Shown here one piece after another: positions 9,068 to 18,529 of a stretch of DNA of 64,000 nucleotides; within the stretch, counting starts at the first letter, position 1; the number at the start of each line of letters is the position of its first letter. The translations under genes and the position numbers were made by a program. This stretch comes from an uncultured Chloroflexia bacterium. GTDB taxonomy: Bacteria > Chloroflexota > Limnocylindria > Limnocylindrales > CSP1-4. The DNA lies in assembly GCA_963800275.1 (NCBI GenBank), contig CAWDAI010000013.1, forward strand, positions 1,448-65,447, in the 5' to 3' direction. The notes under the pieces are model-generated. The model saw only the letters and a list, made by a program, of their open reading frames with translations, had not been told where the DNA came from and did not search any database.

Positions 9068-9657
9068 TTGGATTACCTCACGCAGGATTTCAGACACGCT
9101 GCCGCTCTGTTGCGAGTCACCCAGCGTGGCTCGATATCCGGACGGCCATCGAGACAATCGATCGCGACCTCGTTATCGAGAAGCAACTCCAACTGGCCAA
9201 GGAAGGCCGCTCGCCAAGGGGAGGACAGCGAGCGCTGAATGCTCTCTTCGATGGTACTACTGCCCGAACCGTCTTGGCGTCACCAGCCTCGGCTGTTCGC
9301 TACGCCAGAGCTGCGCAAGTGGAAGATGGACTTCCTCAAGGCGCGTGTCGGTGTTGAGGTGTCCTTCAATCACGCCGAAGCGATCCTTGGCAATTCACCC
9401 GCCTGAACATCGCTGGTGAGTCGGAGCGGGTCATTGAAGAGTCAGGCATTGACGTCGGGGTCGTTATAACGGCAACCGACCCCCTGAAGTCTTGGTCGAA
9501 GATGGACTCCGCTGTGGGTACGTTCCCAGCTTTCAGAGCCTGGCTCCGGGAGATGAAGCCCATTCTCCCCATTCCGCTTCTGCTCATTGGCTTGACTGCA
9601 GAGGGCTGGGAAGCGACCGACGTGTTCGGGGGTACCCGGACCGGCACCCGCGCGTAA
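9068..9657 (+). pseudogene. BglII/BstYI-family type II restriction endonuclease, frameshifted (about 3 indels)
   Basis: SD GGAGG + TTG 9068. Stitching frames gives ...HPAWLDIRTAIE...GGQRALNALF...WKMDFLKARVGVEVSFNH...WQFTRLN...IDVGVVITAT...KMDSAVGTF...PLLLIGL, ending at TAA 9657. Confidence 0.7.
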
Positions 9658-9662
9658 TGCTT

Positions 9663-10952
9663 CTAGGAGGCGGGCACCACACGCTCACCGAGGGTCGATT
9701 CAGCCTTCGGTAGAGTCGATACCTCAGCGATAAGTTCGGCTCCGACCCGTTCGATCAGACCGACGACGAGGGCATTGCCCATCATGAAAGCGCGCCTTCC
9801 CTCGGGCATTCCCGTGTCGGTCCAGTCGTCAGGGAAGCCGTTCAGCCGCTCCAGTTCACGAGTCGTGAGACGTCGATAGCGTCCGTCATCGGCTTGGACG
9901 AGGTGCTTGAACCGAGAAGGTGTCCGGCCTCCTTCGCCCGTGAGGATCGTCCGTGCTGGCCCGTCGGTCCGGTCCGGGTACGGGATAGGTCCCTCCACGT
10001 AGTAGTACGGCGTGCCAGAGCCTCGGTGATACCGCTGCTCACGCTTGGCGCCCTTCAGATACTGCCAGCGCCCCAAATCTGACTCAGAGACGAAGTATGA
10101 GTCGGGTACATCCGGCGTCGGCTCGAGCATGTCCCCGAGGGTCAGGAATGGACCCTCCCATGCCGGCTCAAGTTCAAGCGTCCACACTCGCCGTTGCGAC
10201 ATATAGCCGGCATTCCTGAAGGGCGAGCCGCCCTTCACCGCTCCGAACGACTCGGAGACTTCAGCTGCGGTGCCATCGACGGGAAACGTCGGTGCCGACG
10301 AGAGGGTCGGGCCCTCAACGATTGGCAGCGCTCGTGCCAACGGCCCGTCATAGATGGCGTCATTCGGGTCTCTTGAGTTCGCCCCCTCGAGGCGGCCGAT
10401 GAGCAGCACACGGCGCCGCTTCTGCGGGAACCCGTAGTCAGCGGCGTTCACGACGCGCCATTCGACCTCATAGCCCAGGTTGGCCAAGGCCGCCAACATG
10501 ACGCCGAAATCCCGCCCGCGCTGCCCGGTCGGAGACTTCAGCAGGCGGTCGACGTTCTCCAGGAAGAGCAACGGCGGGCGTTTCATGATCAGCAGGCGGT
10601 AGATCTCCCACCACAGGACGCCCTTCTTGCCAACGATGCCGGTGGCTTGGTTCAAGGCCTTGGCGACCGAGTAGTCCTGACAGGGGAAGCCGCCGACAAG
10701 CAGCTCATGGTCCGGAATCACAGTTCGGCCGGCCTCAGCCTGGTTCATCACCTCGTGGATGTCTTCGCACACAGCACCCGCGGTACCGAAGTGTTTGACA
10801 TAGCACTCGAAGGCGTGTTGGGTCTTGGTGCTCGGTTCCCATTGATTAGCCCACACGGTCTCCCAGCCGGATCTCTCGAGCCCGATCCGGAACCCGCCTA
10901 CGCCGGCGAAGAGCTCAACCACGCGGGGCTTGGTCGGAGAAGTCAATGGCAT
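9663..10952 (-). CDS. dcm: DNA (cytosine-5)-methyltransferase, M.Sau3AI-like
   Basis: Motifs ELFAGVGGF, GGFPCQDYS, ENV, QKRRR, RELERLNGFPD and MGNALV. WANQWEPS and ENVDRLLKSP..QRGRDF resemble M.Sau3AI (from recall). Confidence 0.93.
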   Translation of the reverse strand: MPLTSPTKPRVVELFAGVGGFRIGLERSGWETVWANQWEPSTKTQHAFECYVKHFGTAGAVCEDIHEVMNQAEAGRTVIPDHELLVGGFPCQDYSVAKALNQATGIVGKKGVLWWEIYRLLIMKRPPLLFLENVDRLLKSPTGQRGRDFGVMLAALANLGYEVEWRVVNAADYGFPQKRRRVLLIGRLEGANSRDPNDAIYDGPLARALPIVEGPTLSSAPTFPVDGTAAEVSESFGAVKGGSPFRNAGYMSQRRVWTLELEPAWEGPFLTLGDMLEPTPDVPDSYFVSESDLGRWQYLKGAKREQRYHRGSGTPYYYVEGPIPYPDRTDGPARTILTGEGGRTPSRFKHLVQADDGRYRRLTTRELERLNGFPDDWTDTGMPEGRRAFMMGNALVVGLIERVGAELIAEVSTLPKAESTLGERVVPAS

Positions 10953-11074
10953 AGGTGCATCCTATTCGATCCTTCGGTTTCGATCAAGTGTTCCTAGCTG
11001 CGTACGGTGCTGAGGCGCACGCCCGGGCTGTGGGAGGTCATGATTGGCGCAGATGACCGCTTCGACTTGGGTCG

Positions 11075-12290
11075 ATGGCTGACGCGTCGACCTACTCCTT
11101 CGATGCTTTGTCCCGCGCCGACCTGATTGTCGACGCCGTCTACGAGGGCGGCACGGTCGGCAACGTCGGGGACGACCCTCTGGCCGTTCTCCTGCCGTGC
11201 GGCAATCAGGGCGGCTTCCGCTACAAGAAGGGACCGGATGGCGATCCGCTGTTCGTCGTGCTGTATTCCGATCTGGCAGATCCCGATTGGCCCGACGTCC
11301 TCGATGTCGAGCTTGGACGCTTCACCTATTGGGGAGACAACAAGAGGGCGGGGCAGCAGTTGACCTCTACCAAACGGGGCGGGAACCAGATTCTGCAGAC
11401 CATGTTCGACCGTCTCCACGGCTCCGTCGAGGAGAGGAAGCGCATCCCGCCGTTCTTCGTCTTCACGAAGGGCCCGAAGGGACGCGACGTCGTATTCCGA
11501 GGTCTGGCAGTGCCCGGGGCGCCGGGCATCACCGCGAACGAGGACTTGGTCGCGGTTTGGCGGACTGGCGAGCGTGGCAAGCGGTTCCAGAACTACCGTT
11601 CGCTCTTCTCCATCTTGGACGTGCCCGTGGTGACCAGGACCTGGATCGCCGACCTCGTTGACGGCGTCTGCAACGGTTCGAATGCGCCGGACGCCTGGTC
11701 CCGGTGGCGTGCGGGCAAGACCGCGTCTCTCCTGAGGGCGCCTGCATCCCTGCAATCTCGACCGAAGGCACAACAGCTTCCCGATCCTAGCGACCGACCG
11801 ATCGATCGAGGCGATCACGAATCACTTCGAGAAGGGCGCCGACTTTGAGGCCTGTGCCGCTCGCCTGTGGGAGATGCAAGCCGGCCGAATCGAATACACC
11901 TTGACCCGGCCCAGTCGTGACGGGGGTAGGGATGCGTTCGGCGCGGTCCGTGTCGGACCGGAGAGCGACCCCGTCCGGCTCGAGTTCGCTCTCGAGGCCA
12001 AGCGCTATGCGTTGGAACACTCGGTCACCGTGAGGGTCTTGCCCCGGCCGATCTCGCGCATCCGGAATCGGATGTTCGGCGTGCTGGTCACGACCTCGTT
12101 CCTCAATCACCAGGCCTACGAGGAGTTCAAGACGGACGGGCATCCGATCGTCGTCATCGCCGCGCGGGATATCGTCGATATCCTTAAGGCGAACGGGTAC
12201 AGCGATGCTGCCGACGTCAAGGCGTGGCTCGAACGCGAGTTTCCAGTGGCGGAGTCGCATGCGGCGCAACCCCCGGCGCTCACCGCCTAG
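11075..12290 (+). CDS. AspBHI/MspJI-like modification-dependent restriction endonuclease (N-terminal recognition domain + Mrr-type catalytic domain), frameshift near 11803
   Basis: N-terminal DLIVDAVYEGG..GNVGDDPL..GNQGGFR, YWGDNK, FQNYR. The other frame continues IEAITNHFEKGADFEACA...DGGRDA...EAKRY...FGVLVTTS to TAG 12290. Confidence 0.8.
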
Positions 12291-14143
12291 AAGCTTCGCC
12301 ATCCCGTCCCCGAAGCGACAGCAAGGATCTCGGCCATGACCTGGCAATCCACGCGGTTGTAGGCGGCGACCTCCTGCATGAGTGAATCGTCCAGCAAGCA
12401 CCCGCCCGACTCGGCGATCGACTCCTGCACGCGCCAGGCCGCGACCATGGCACCCATGCCGTCGGTCGGCCCGTCACCCCAGGACGTCTGGATGTGCCCC
12501 AGCGCATGCATGGCCTTGGCGATGGACTTGAGCCCGAAGTTGAAGGCACCCGTCACGGTCACCGGCGGCACCTTGATGATTCGGTCCAGCAGGTCGAACC
12601 AGGGCAGCACCGGCCAGTCGTTGTGCGGATGACGCACCCGTGCCGCGTTGTAGGCACTCGTGAGCGTAGACGTCTCCGCTGGACTCCAGTGGTAGATGCG
12701 CGCCTGCTCGAGGGTGATACCGCGTTGCGCGCACAGTTCGCGCATGCGACCCACCCACGCATCGAGGACCGCAGCTTCCGAGGCTTCATCCAGCCGGTCC
12801 ACCGTCCACTGGTCGCGCTCGGGATCGAGCACCCACTGCCCGTCCTCCAGGCGACCGCAGCCGACCTGGAAGATGAGCGGCTGCCCGCCTTCCAGGGGCA
12901 GGGTGCTGAAGTCATCGGCCATGTTGGAGACCGTCTCGAAGTCCACGAACAGCTCCAGCGGCGCCGGCCGCGACCAGGTGTCGTCCTTGAGGTCCAGCCG
13001 TTCCGGCAGCAGTACCGGGTCGAACGACCGGTTGGCTGCGAGCACGGCATCGCACATGCGACCGGCAACGCCATCCAGTCCGAGCGTAGCGGCCGAGACG
13101 CGCGAGTCGCTCCAACGGGTCATGCCGCGTTCGTGTGCCGCCTGCCGCTTGGCGGGGTTCACGCCCGGCAGCAGCGTCAGCTCCTCCAGCTCCCGGCCGA
13201 TCTGCGCCTTGGCCGAGTGCCAGGGATCGTCCATGTCGCGACGCATGTGCGGGTACAGCTCCGGCCGTGAGGGGACCGGCAGCACCTCCCACTGGGCGCC
13301 GTCACGGCGCAGCTCCCGGATCCAGCGGTGGGCCCGCAGGGTCACGTCACGCAGGCTGGCGCCATCGTGCTTGTCGAACGTGTTGTCCATGCGCACGCGA
13401 CCGATGCGCTCCAGGCAGCCCTGGCCACGTCCGTCCTTGCCCTGCTTCCAGTTCCGCCCCAGCAGGTAGCCGAAGGGTGGCGCATACCCCTGGATCCGCC
13501 CGAGCGCGGTGGTGTAGACCCACACCTGCGATTGGTATGCGAGCGACTTGGCCGAGCTCCCCATGGACCCATCCTTGGCCAGCTCCAGCTTGCGGCACTT
13601 GATGTCGATGACGCGGTAGTGGCGGTCCTCCCAGCCGATGCCCGGCGCGCCGACCGCAGCCTCTTCGATCGACACATCCTCGGGGAACAGCCCCGCCAGC
13701 ACATCCGAACGCACGATGAGGTCCGCCATCCCGTAGGTCCGGTGCTGCGGGTCGCGCAGCACGCCCTGGGTGATGACGGGCACGCCCTCGATCATGGCGT
13801 CGACCGTTCGCTCTGCCGCGGCGAGCGCGTGACCGTCCTCCCAGGTGGTGGCGATACGGACGACGTCGATCTGCTGCCGCAAGAGCTCGATCACCCCGGC
13901 CTCGAAGGCGTCACCCTGCCGGAACACGAAGTCGCGGAAGCTGGTGCGCGGCTCGTAGCCCTCCACCTCGTCATCCGGCACGAACCCGGCCGCGCGACCG
14001 TAGCGCTCGAGCCAGTCGAGCAGCGGATCGTCGTTCAGCCAGTTGCGTCCCTTGGTCGCCGAGACCCAGTCGTGCCAGTCCTCACGCTCGACCGGCTGGA
14101 CGACGCGTCCATCATCGGCGGTCACGAGCGCCGCCTTGCCCAT
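12287..14143 (-). CDS. TM0106-type RecB-like nuclease with C-terminal RNase H-like domain
   Basis: GMADLIVRSD...YRVIDIK (PD-(D/E)xK), LFVDFET, FGLKSIAK and YNRVDC. Confidence 0.8.
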   Translation of the reverse strand: MGKAALVTADDGRVVQPVEREDWHDWVSATKGRNWLNDDPLLDWLERYGRAAGFVPDDEVEGYEPRTSFRDFVFRQGDAFEAGVIELLRQQIDVVRIATTWEDGHALAAAERTVDAMIEGVPVITQGVLRDPQHRTYGMADLIVRSDVLAGLFPEDVSIEEAAVGAPGIGWEDRHYRVIDIKCRKLELAKDGSMGSSAKSLAYQSQVWVYTTALGRIQGYAPPFGYLLGRNWKQGKDGRGQGCLERIGRVRMDNTFDKHDGASLRDVTLRAHRWIRELRRDGAQWEVLPVPSRPELYPHMRRDMDDPWHSAKAQIGRELEELTLLPGVNPAKRQAAHERGMTRWSDSRVSAATLGLDGVAGRMCDAVLAANRSFDPVLLPERLDLKDDTWSRPAPLELFVDFETVSNMADDFSTLPLEGGQPLIFQVGCGRLEDGQWVLDPERDQWTVDRLDEASEAAVLDAWVGRMRELCAQRGITLEQARIYHWSPAETSTLTSAYNAARVRHPHNDWPVLPWFDLLDRIIKVPPVTVTGAFNFGLKSIAKAMHALGHIQTSWGDGPTDGMGAMVAAWRVQESIAESGGCLLDDSLMQEVAAYNRVDCQVMAEILAVASGTGWRSF

Positions 14144-14229
14144 GATGCGTTCCACCTTGCCGATGGTAGGCGTTCTCCGTGCCACCTCGTGTGGCACCCG
14201 GGTCACGCCGCCGATTAGGCTGGCGCGTG

Positions 14230-15558
14230 ATGCCCGCCCGTCGTTTCGACGTCCGATCCCGTATCTCCGCATGGCTCCGGCGCTGGCGTCCGCTGCTGCC
14301 CCTGTTCGCGGTGGAGATGATCGTGACCATCGGGTTCGGGGCCCTGCTGCCGGTGCTGCCGCTGTACGTGGAGGCCCACGGTATCGATGCCTCCGGTCTC
14401 GGCATCATCGTCGCTGCCTGGGCCGTGGCCAAGCTCATCACCGAGCCCTTCTTCGGCTGGTGGGCCGACCGCCATGAACGCAAGCCGCAGATGGTGATCG
14501 GCCTGCTGGCCTTCGCGGTCGTGAGCCTGCTACCGCTCTTCTTCACCAGCTTCGTCGCCTTCGTGGCCCTGCGCTTCCTGGCCGGCGTGGCCACGGCCGC
14601 CTTCGACCCCGCGGCCCGCGGCATGATCGTCGACGCCACCGAGGAGACCGAGCGCGGCGAGGCCTTCGGCTTCTACGGCGCCTTCCAGATCGCGGGCTTC
14701 GTCATCGGCCCGGCCATCGGCGGGCTCGGCTCGGAGATCGTGGGTGGCTACGGCTTCCCGTTCGTCTTCACCACGGTCCTCTCGCTCGTCGGCGCCTGGG
14801 TCCTGCTGCGCTACCTCGGTCGCGCGCCCCACGCGGTCGAGTCGCCCGAGTTCGCGCACCATCCCGAGGCCAGGCCGCTCCCAGCGGGCGACCCCTACAG
14901 TGCCTCGGAAGTCGCGGTCATCCCGGCTGACGATGTGCCAACCGAGGGGCAGGCACCGATCCGGGCCATCTTCAACCGCACCGTCGTGGGCACGCTTGTG
15001 CTCACGTTCGGCGTATACCTGACGTTCGGCACCTACGAGGTCGTGTGGTCGCTCTACCTCATCGCCCTCGGAGCATCGGTCGCCTGGGTCAGCCTGACCT
15101 TCGTAGCCTTCGGCATCCCCGAGGTCATCCTCGGCCCGCTCGCCGGCCGCATGGTCGATCGGCGCGGCCCGGTCGGCATCGTCATCGCCAGCGCGATCAT
15201 CATCATCTTCGCGGGCTCGATCTACGCGCTGTCCTCCTCCTACCGGCTGTCGACGGTGGTCGTCCCGTTGGAGGCTGCCGCCACGGCCGCCATGGCACCC
15301 GCGCTCTTCTCGATGCTCGCGCAGGGCACGCCCAAGGGGCGCTCCTCCACGGCGCAGGGCTTCTTCGGCGCGACCTCTACATTGGCGCTGGTGGTGGCAT
15401 CACTCGCGGCGGGCAACCTCTTCGAGATCGGCATCGGCCTGCCGTTCTGGTTCTTCGTGGTCGGCCTGGCGCTGTGCACGGTGGTCGGCCTGGTCATCTA
15501 CCGCTCAGGGCGTGCCCGCGTGGTGTCGCAGGATCTGGGGGTCGCGCCCACCGGCTGA
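14230..15558 (+). CDS. MFS transporter (DHA1/TetA-like)
   Basis: GWWADRHERK, LRFLAG, GPAIGG and GRMVDRRG; about 12 TM helices. Confidence 0.9.
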   Translation: MPARRFDVRSRISAWLRRWRPLLPLFAVEMIVTIGFGALLPVLPLYVEAHGIDASGLGIIVAAWAVAKLITEPFFGWWADRHERKPQMVIGLLAFAVVSLLPLFFTSFVAFVALRFLAGVATAAFDPAARGMIVDATEETERGEAFGFYGAFQIAGFVIGPAIGGLGSEIVGGYGFPFVFTTVLSLVGAWVLLRYLGRAPHAVESPEFAHHPEARPLPAGDPYSASEVAVIPADDVPTEGQAPIRAIFNRTVVGTLVLTFGVYLTFGTYEVVWSLYLIALGASVAWVSLTFVAFGIPEVILGPLAGRMVDRRGPVGIVIASAIIIIFAGSIYALSSSYRLSTVVVPLEAAATAAMAPALFSMLAQGTPKGRSSTAQGFFGATSTLALVVASLAAGNLFEIGIGLPFWFFVVGLALCTVVGLVIYRSGRARVVSQDLGVAPTG

Positions 15559-15623
15559 GCCGCCACCGGCTGAGCCGCTGCCGCCGACTGAGCCACCGCC
15601 GGGGCGGGCGGCCGGCTGAGCTG
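15548..15623 (+). repeat. Short tandem repeat built on the MFS stop codon (CC(A/G)CCG(G/A)CTGAGC x4)
   Basis: TGA-containing units at 15548, 15563, 15581 and about 15610. Confidence 0.7.
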
Positions 15624-15844
15624 GCGGCCTCTCTTCGCTGTCCCCCTCCCGGGGCCTCCTAGTCCCCATTGACTGTTGCGTTCACGAAGCGCACTTCCGG
15701 GCGCATCTCGGAGCTGTGGCCACGCGAGAGGCGATGAACCATTCCTGGGCGACTCACGCGTCCCACCAGCCGACATCCGAGCCCACCCGGCATGAAACGT
15801 CAGCTGAGGGTACGGGTCGCGGACGTAACAGTCGCATCGGAATA

Positions 15845-16067
15845 GCGGCCCCGGCGACGAAGGGCGCGGCCCCGGCGACGGAGGGCACGGCCCGGGCGAC
15901 GGAGGGCACGGCCCGGGCGACGGAGGGCACCGCGGAGCTGGAGGGGGCGGCCCGGGCGACGAGAGCCGGGGCGACGGAGGGCACGGCCCGGGCGACGGAG
16001 GGCGCGGCCCGGGCGACGGAGGGCACGGCCCGGGCGACGGAGGGCACGGCGGGGCTGGAGGGGGCGG
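15845..16067. repeat. 21-nt tandem repeat array (RCGGCCCGGGCGACGGAGGGC)
   Basis: About 8 full units plus two 18-nt variants, arranged as two super-blocks. Confidence 0.92.
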
Positions 16068-16171
16068 TTCCGCCGCCGATAGGCCTAGTGACCAAGTCCC
16101 TCCATTCGGCTCTTGCCTCGTGATGTAAACGTTGTCATGGTGGTGGCATACGTGAACAAGGAGGTTCGGGT

Positions 16172-16432
16172 ATGTCCTGGGTCTTCATGGTGTCCGTCGT
16201 CGTGCTCCTCATCGCGACCGCGCTCATCGAGCTTCGAGCGGTACGCATCGGCGACGAGCGCCAACACCACGCTCCCGGCTACGCCCTCGTCATGGGCGGC
16301 ATCATCGTCATCGGCGTGGGCATCGCTGCAGCCGTGGCTGAGCGGGCGCCCCTCGCTCTGCTGGCGTCCTGCGCGGGGCTGCTGGCGGTCGCCCTCGGGG
16401 CCAAGCGACCAAGGGGCCTGCACGCGCACTAG
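16172..16432 (+). CDS. Small membrane protein
   Basis: SD AAGGAGG; three hydrophobic segments. Confidence 0.75.
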   Translation: MSWVFMVSVVVLLIATALIELRAVRIGDERQHHAPGYALVMGGIIVIGVGIAAAVAERAPLALLASCAGLLAVALGAKRPRGLHAH

Positions 16433-16500
16433 GCTGCCCGCGCGCTAGCAGGCCACCAGCGCCGGCCAGCATCCGCGCGGGCCACCGGCGCCGCCCGCCA

Positions 16501-17332
16501 CTACAGCGTCTGGTTGGCCAGCTCCAGCTGCCGTGCCGTCCGCCGCTGCAGCGCCTCCAGGCGCGACTGGGTCAGCACCTCGCAGGCCCAATCCCAGTGC
16601 AGTGAGACCACGTCGCCCACGTTCACGTCGGACACGAAACCGGTGCCGTCCAGCCACCGTCGCACCGTCTGCACCTTGGGCTTGGCCAGGGACAGCTTGC
16701 CCCCGTATAGCTCGAGCGGCACGGCGTTGACCACGAGCGAGTCGCCGGCGATCTCCACCACCCGGCCCCAGCGGATGCGGCAGGCATCCATCAGCCCCAG
16801 CGCATCGGCCACGCTGCCCTGCCGGCGCGACCCGATCATCGGGAACACGTCGAAGACATGGAACGCGTGCGTCGGGCGTGCACCCGCCTTGGGCTTGTCC
16901 TGCAGCCACTTCCAGGTATCGGCCGGCAGCTGGGCCTTGAAGCGCTTGCCCATGGAGTACGTCATCAGCACCGGGTCCACGTGGTCCGACAGGGTGTTGC
17001 CGATCCAGTAGGCGTCGACCACGAGCAGGTCCAGCGGATCGGCCACGTTGTTGGACTCCGCGATCAGCTGCAGGTAGGGAAAGGCACCCTCGAAGCCGGC
17101 GGCGAGGTCGCGCAGACCCCGGTCGATATCGTGCGCCCGCTTGCCCTCCGGCGCCTCCGACTCCGCCGACCCCATCGCAGCGGATCTCCAGCTCCAGCAG
17201 TGAGCGCCAATCCTCCGGGCCGCACAGGCCCAGGCGGTTCGGGCCGAAGGCGTAGCGCGCGAAGAGCACCGGGCCGGTCAGGGCGGGGCGCTGCGGTCGA
17301 GGGGCTTCCGAGCGGTAGAGGATGATGGACAT
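16501..17332 (-). CDS. DUF6390-like protein, frameshift near 17185
   Basis: N-terminal GPVLFARYAFGPNRLGLCGP (ORF from 17332) joins FEGAFPYL..IA...VVDAYWIGN...HAFHVF...MDACRIRWG...VSLHWDWAC (ORF 16501-17175). Confidence 0.75.
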
Positions 17333-17345
17333 CGAAGCAGCAGCG

Positions 17346-17594
17346 TCAGTCGGCCCGATCGAGCGAGACGGCCTCCCCGGGCGCCCCCACGAGGATGCCG
17401 AAGGCGCGGCTCATCTCTGCCGCCTGGTCCTCGTCGAGGACCCGCACGACGGTGCCGCTGTTGACGAGCACCCAGTCGCCGACCGCCAGGTCTGGCTCCA
17501 GCATCATCGAGGCCTTGTCCACCTGGCCGCTCGTCTCGACCTCGCAGATCTGGCCGTCGACCGCGACCACGCGGCCGGGCATCATCAGGCACAT
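17346..17594 (-). CDS. hypC: HypC/HybG/HupF family hydrogenase chaperone (divergent)
   Basis: MCLMMPGRVV...VGDWVLVNSG. Confidence 0.85.
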   Translation of the reverse strand: MCLMMPGRVVAVDGQICEVETSGQVDKASMMLEPDLAVGDWVLVNSGTVVRVLDEDQAAEMSRAFGILVGAPGEAVSLDRAD

Positions 17595-17917
17595 GGGGCT
17601 ACCTCCCGGCACACCACGGCTGGCCCGGGAACCTCGGGCAGGGGAGCGCCACAGTGGTCGCAGCGGGGGTCGTCTGGCGACGATTTCATCGCCAGACGAC
17701 CGCACACCGCGCAATGGACATCGTTGGTCGTGACCGTGAAGGTCGTGGACGCATGACCGTGCTCGACCAGGTAGTAGGCAGCGTTGAGCGCCACCGTCTC
17801 GGAGTCGGCCCGGGTGGCATCGCGGATCTCCAGCTCCAGCTGACCGCCCTGGCCGCTGGCCGGCCAGTTGGCGATCACCTTGGCGATGGCGACCCCGACG
17901 ATCCCTGCGTCATGCAT
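17585..17917 (-). CDS. hypA: HypA-like nickel metallochaperone (divergent)
   Basis: N-terminal MHD, two CxxC motifs (CAVC, CDHC), about 110 aa, coupled to hypC. Confidence 0.7.
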   Translation of the reverse strand: MHDAGIVGVAIAKVIANWPASGQGGQLELEIRDATRADSETVALNAAYYLVEHGHASTTFTVTTNDVHCAVCGRLAMKSSPDDPRCDHCGAPLPEVPGPAVVCREVAPCA

Positions 17918-18046
17918 GGCCCCATGATGCCCCTCCAAGGCGGACGCTGCCGCTGGCGAACGGCCCAAGGCCCCGGGTCGAGCGGCCCCAACGGTCCGGG
18001 TCGGCCGGCCCTGTGGTGGGGACCGCCGTCCGCTGAGTGTGGCCCC

Positions 18047-18529
18047 ATGCCTGATCCCGCGATGATCGCTGCCGATATCCGCGCGACCTGGTTCGGTGCC
18101 GACCTGCCTGAGGCCTCGCTCGAGCGCCTGGCTCTGATGGCCCGCGAGTACGAGGCCCCGCCGCGAACCCGGCTGCTGCGCGAGGGCGACGACACCAGGG
18201 AGCTGAGCATCCTCGTACGCGGCCGGATCGCGCTCACCGAGCATGTCGCCGGCCGCGGGTCGGTCACGCTCATGAGTGCCGAGCCGGGCGACGTCTTCGG
18301 CTGGTCGGCGCTGATCCCGCCATACCGCGCGACAGCCACCGTGGTGAGCCTGGAGCCGGTCTACGTCATCGCCATCGACTCCGAGTCGCTGCGTGCCGCA
18401 CTCAAGGAGGACTGCGCCCTGGGGGCTGGGGTCTACCCCCGGCTGGCGGAAGCGCTGGCCCATCGACTGGAGGCCACTCGCCAGCAGCTGCTCGACGTCT
18501 ACAGCTCAGAGCAGCGCACGCCCTGGTGA
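18047..18529 (+). CDS. Stand-alone cyclic nucleotide-binding domain protein
   Basis: LLREGD...GRIAL...PGDVFGWSALIPPYRATAT; no HTH. Confidence 0.85.
   Translation: MPDPAMIAADIRATWFGADLPEASLERLALMAREYEAPPRTRLLREGDDTRELSILVRGRIALTEHVAGRGSVTLMSAEPGDVFGWSALIPPYRATATVVSLEPVYVIAIDSESLRAALKEDCALGAGVYPRLAEALAHRLEATRQQLLDVYSSEQRTPW

Noticed and set aside
8569-12290. Intact mobile element carrying the R-M genes
   Set aside because: No integrase, transposase or terminal repeats were seen; only composition and gene content suggest horizontal origin.
15845-16067. CRISPR array
   Set aside because: Units are head-to-tail with no spacers.
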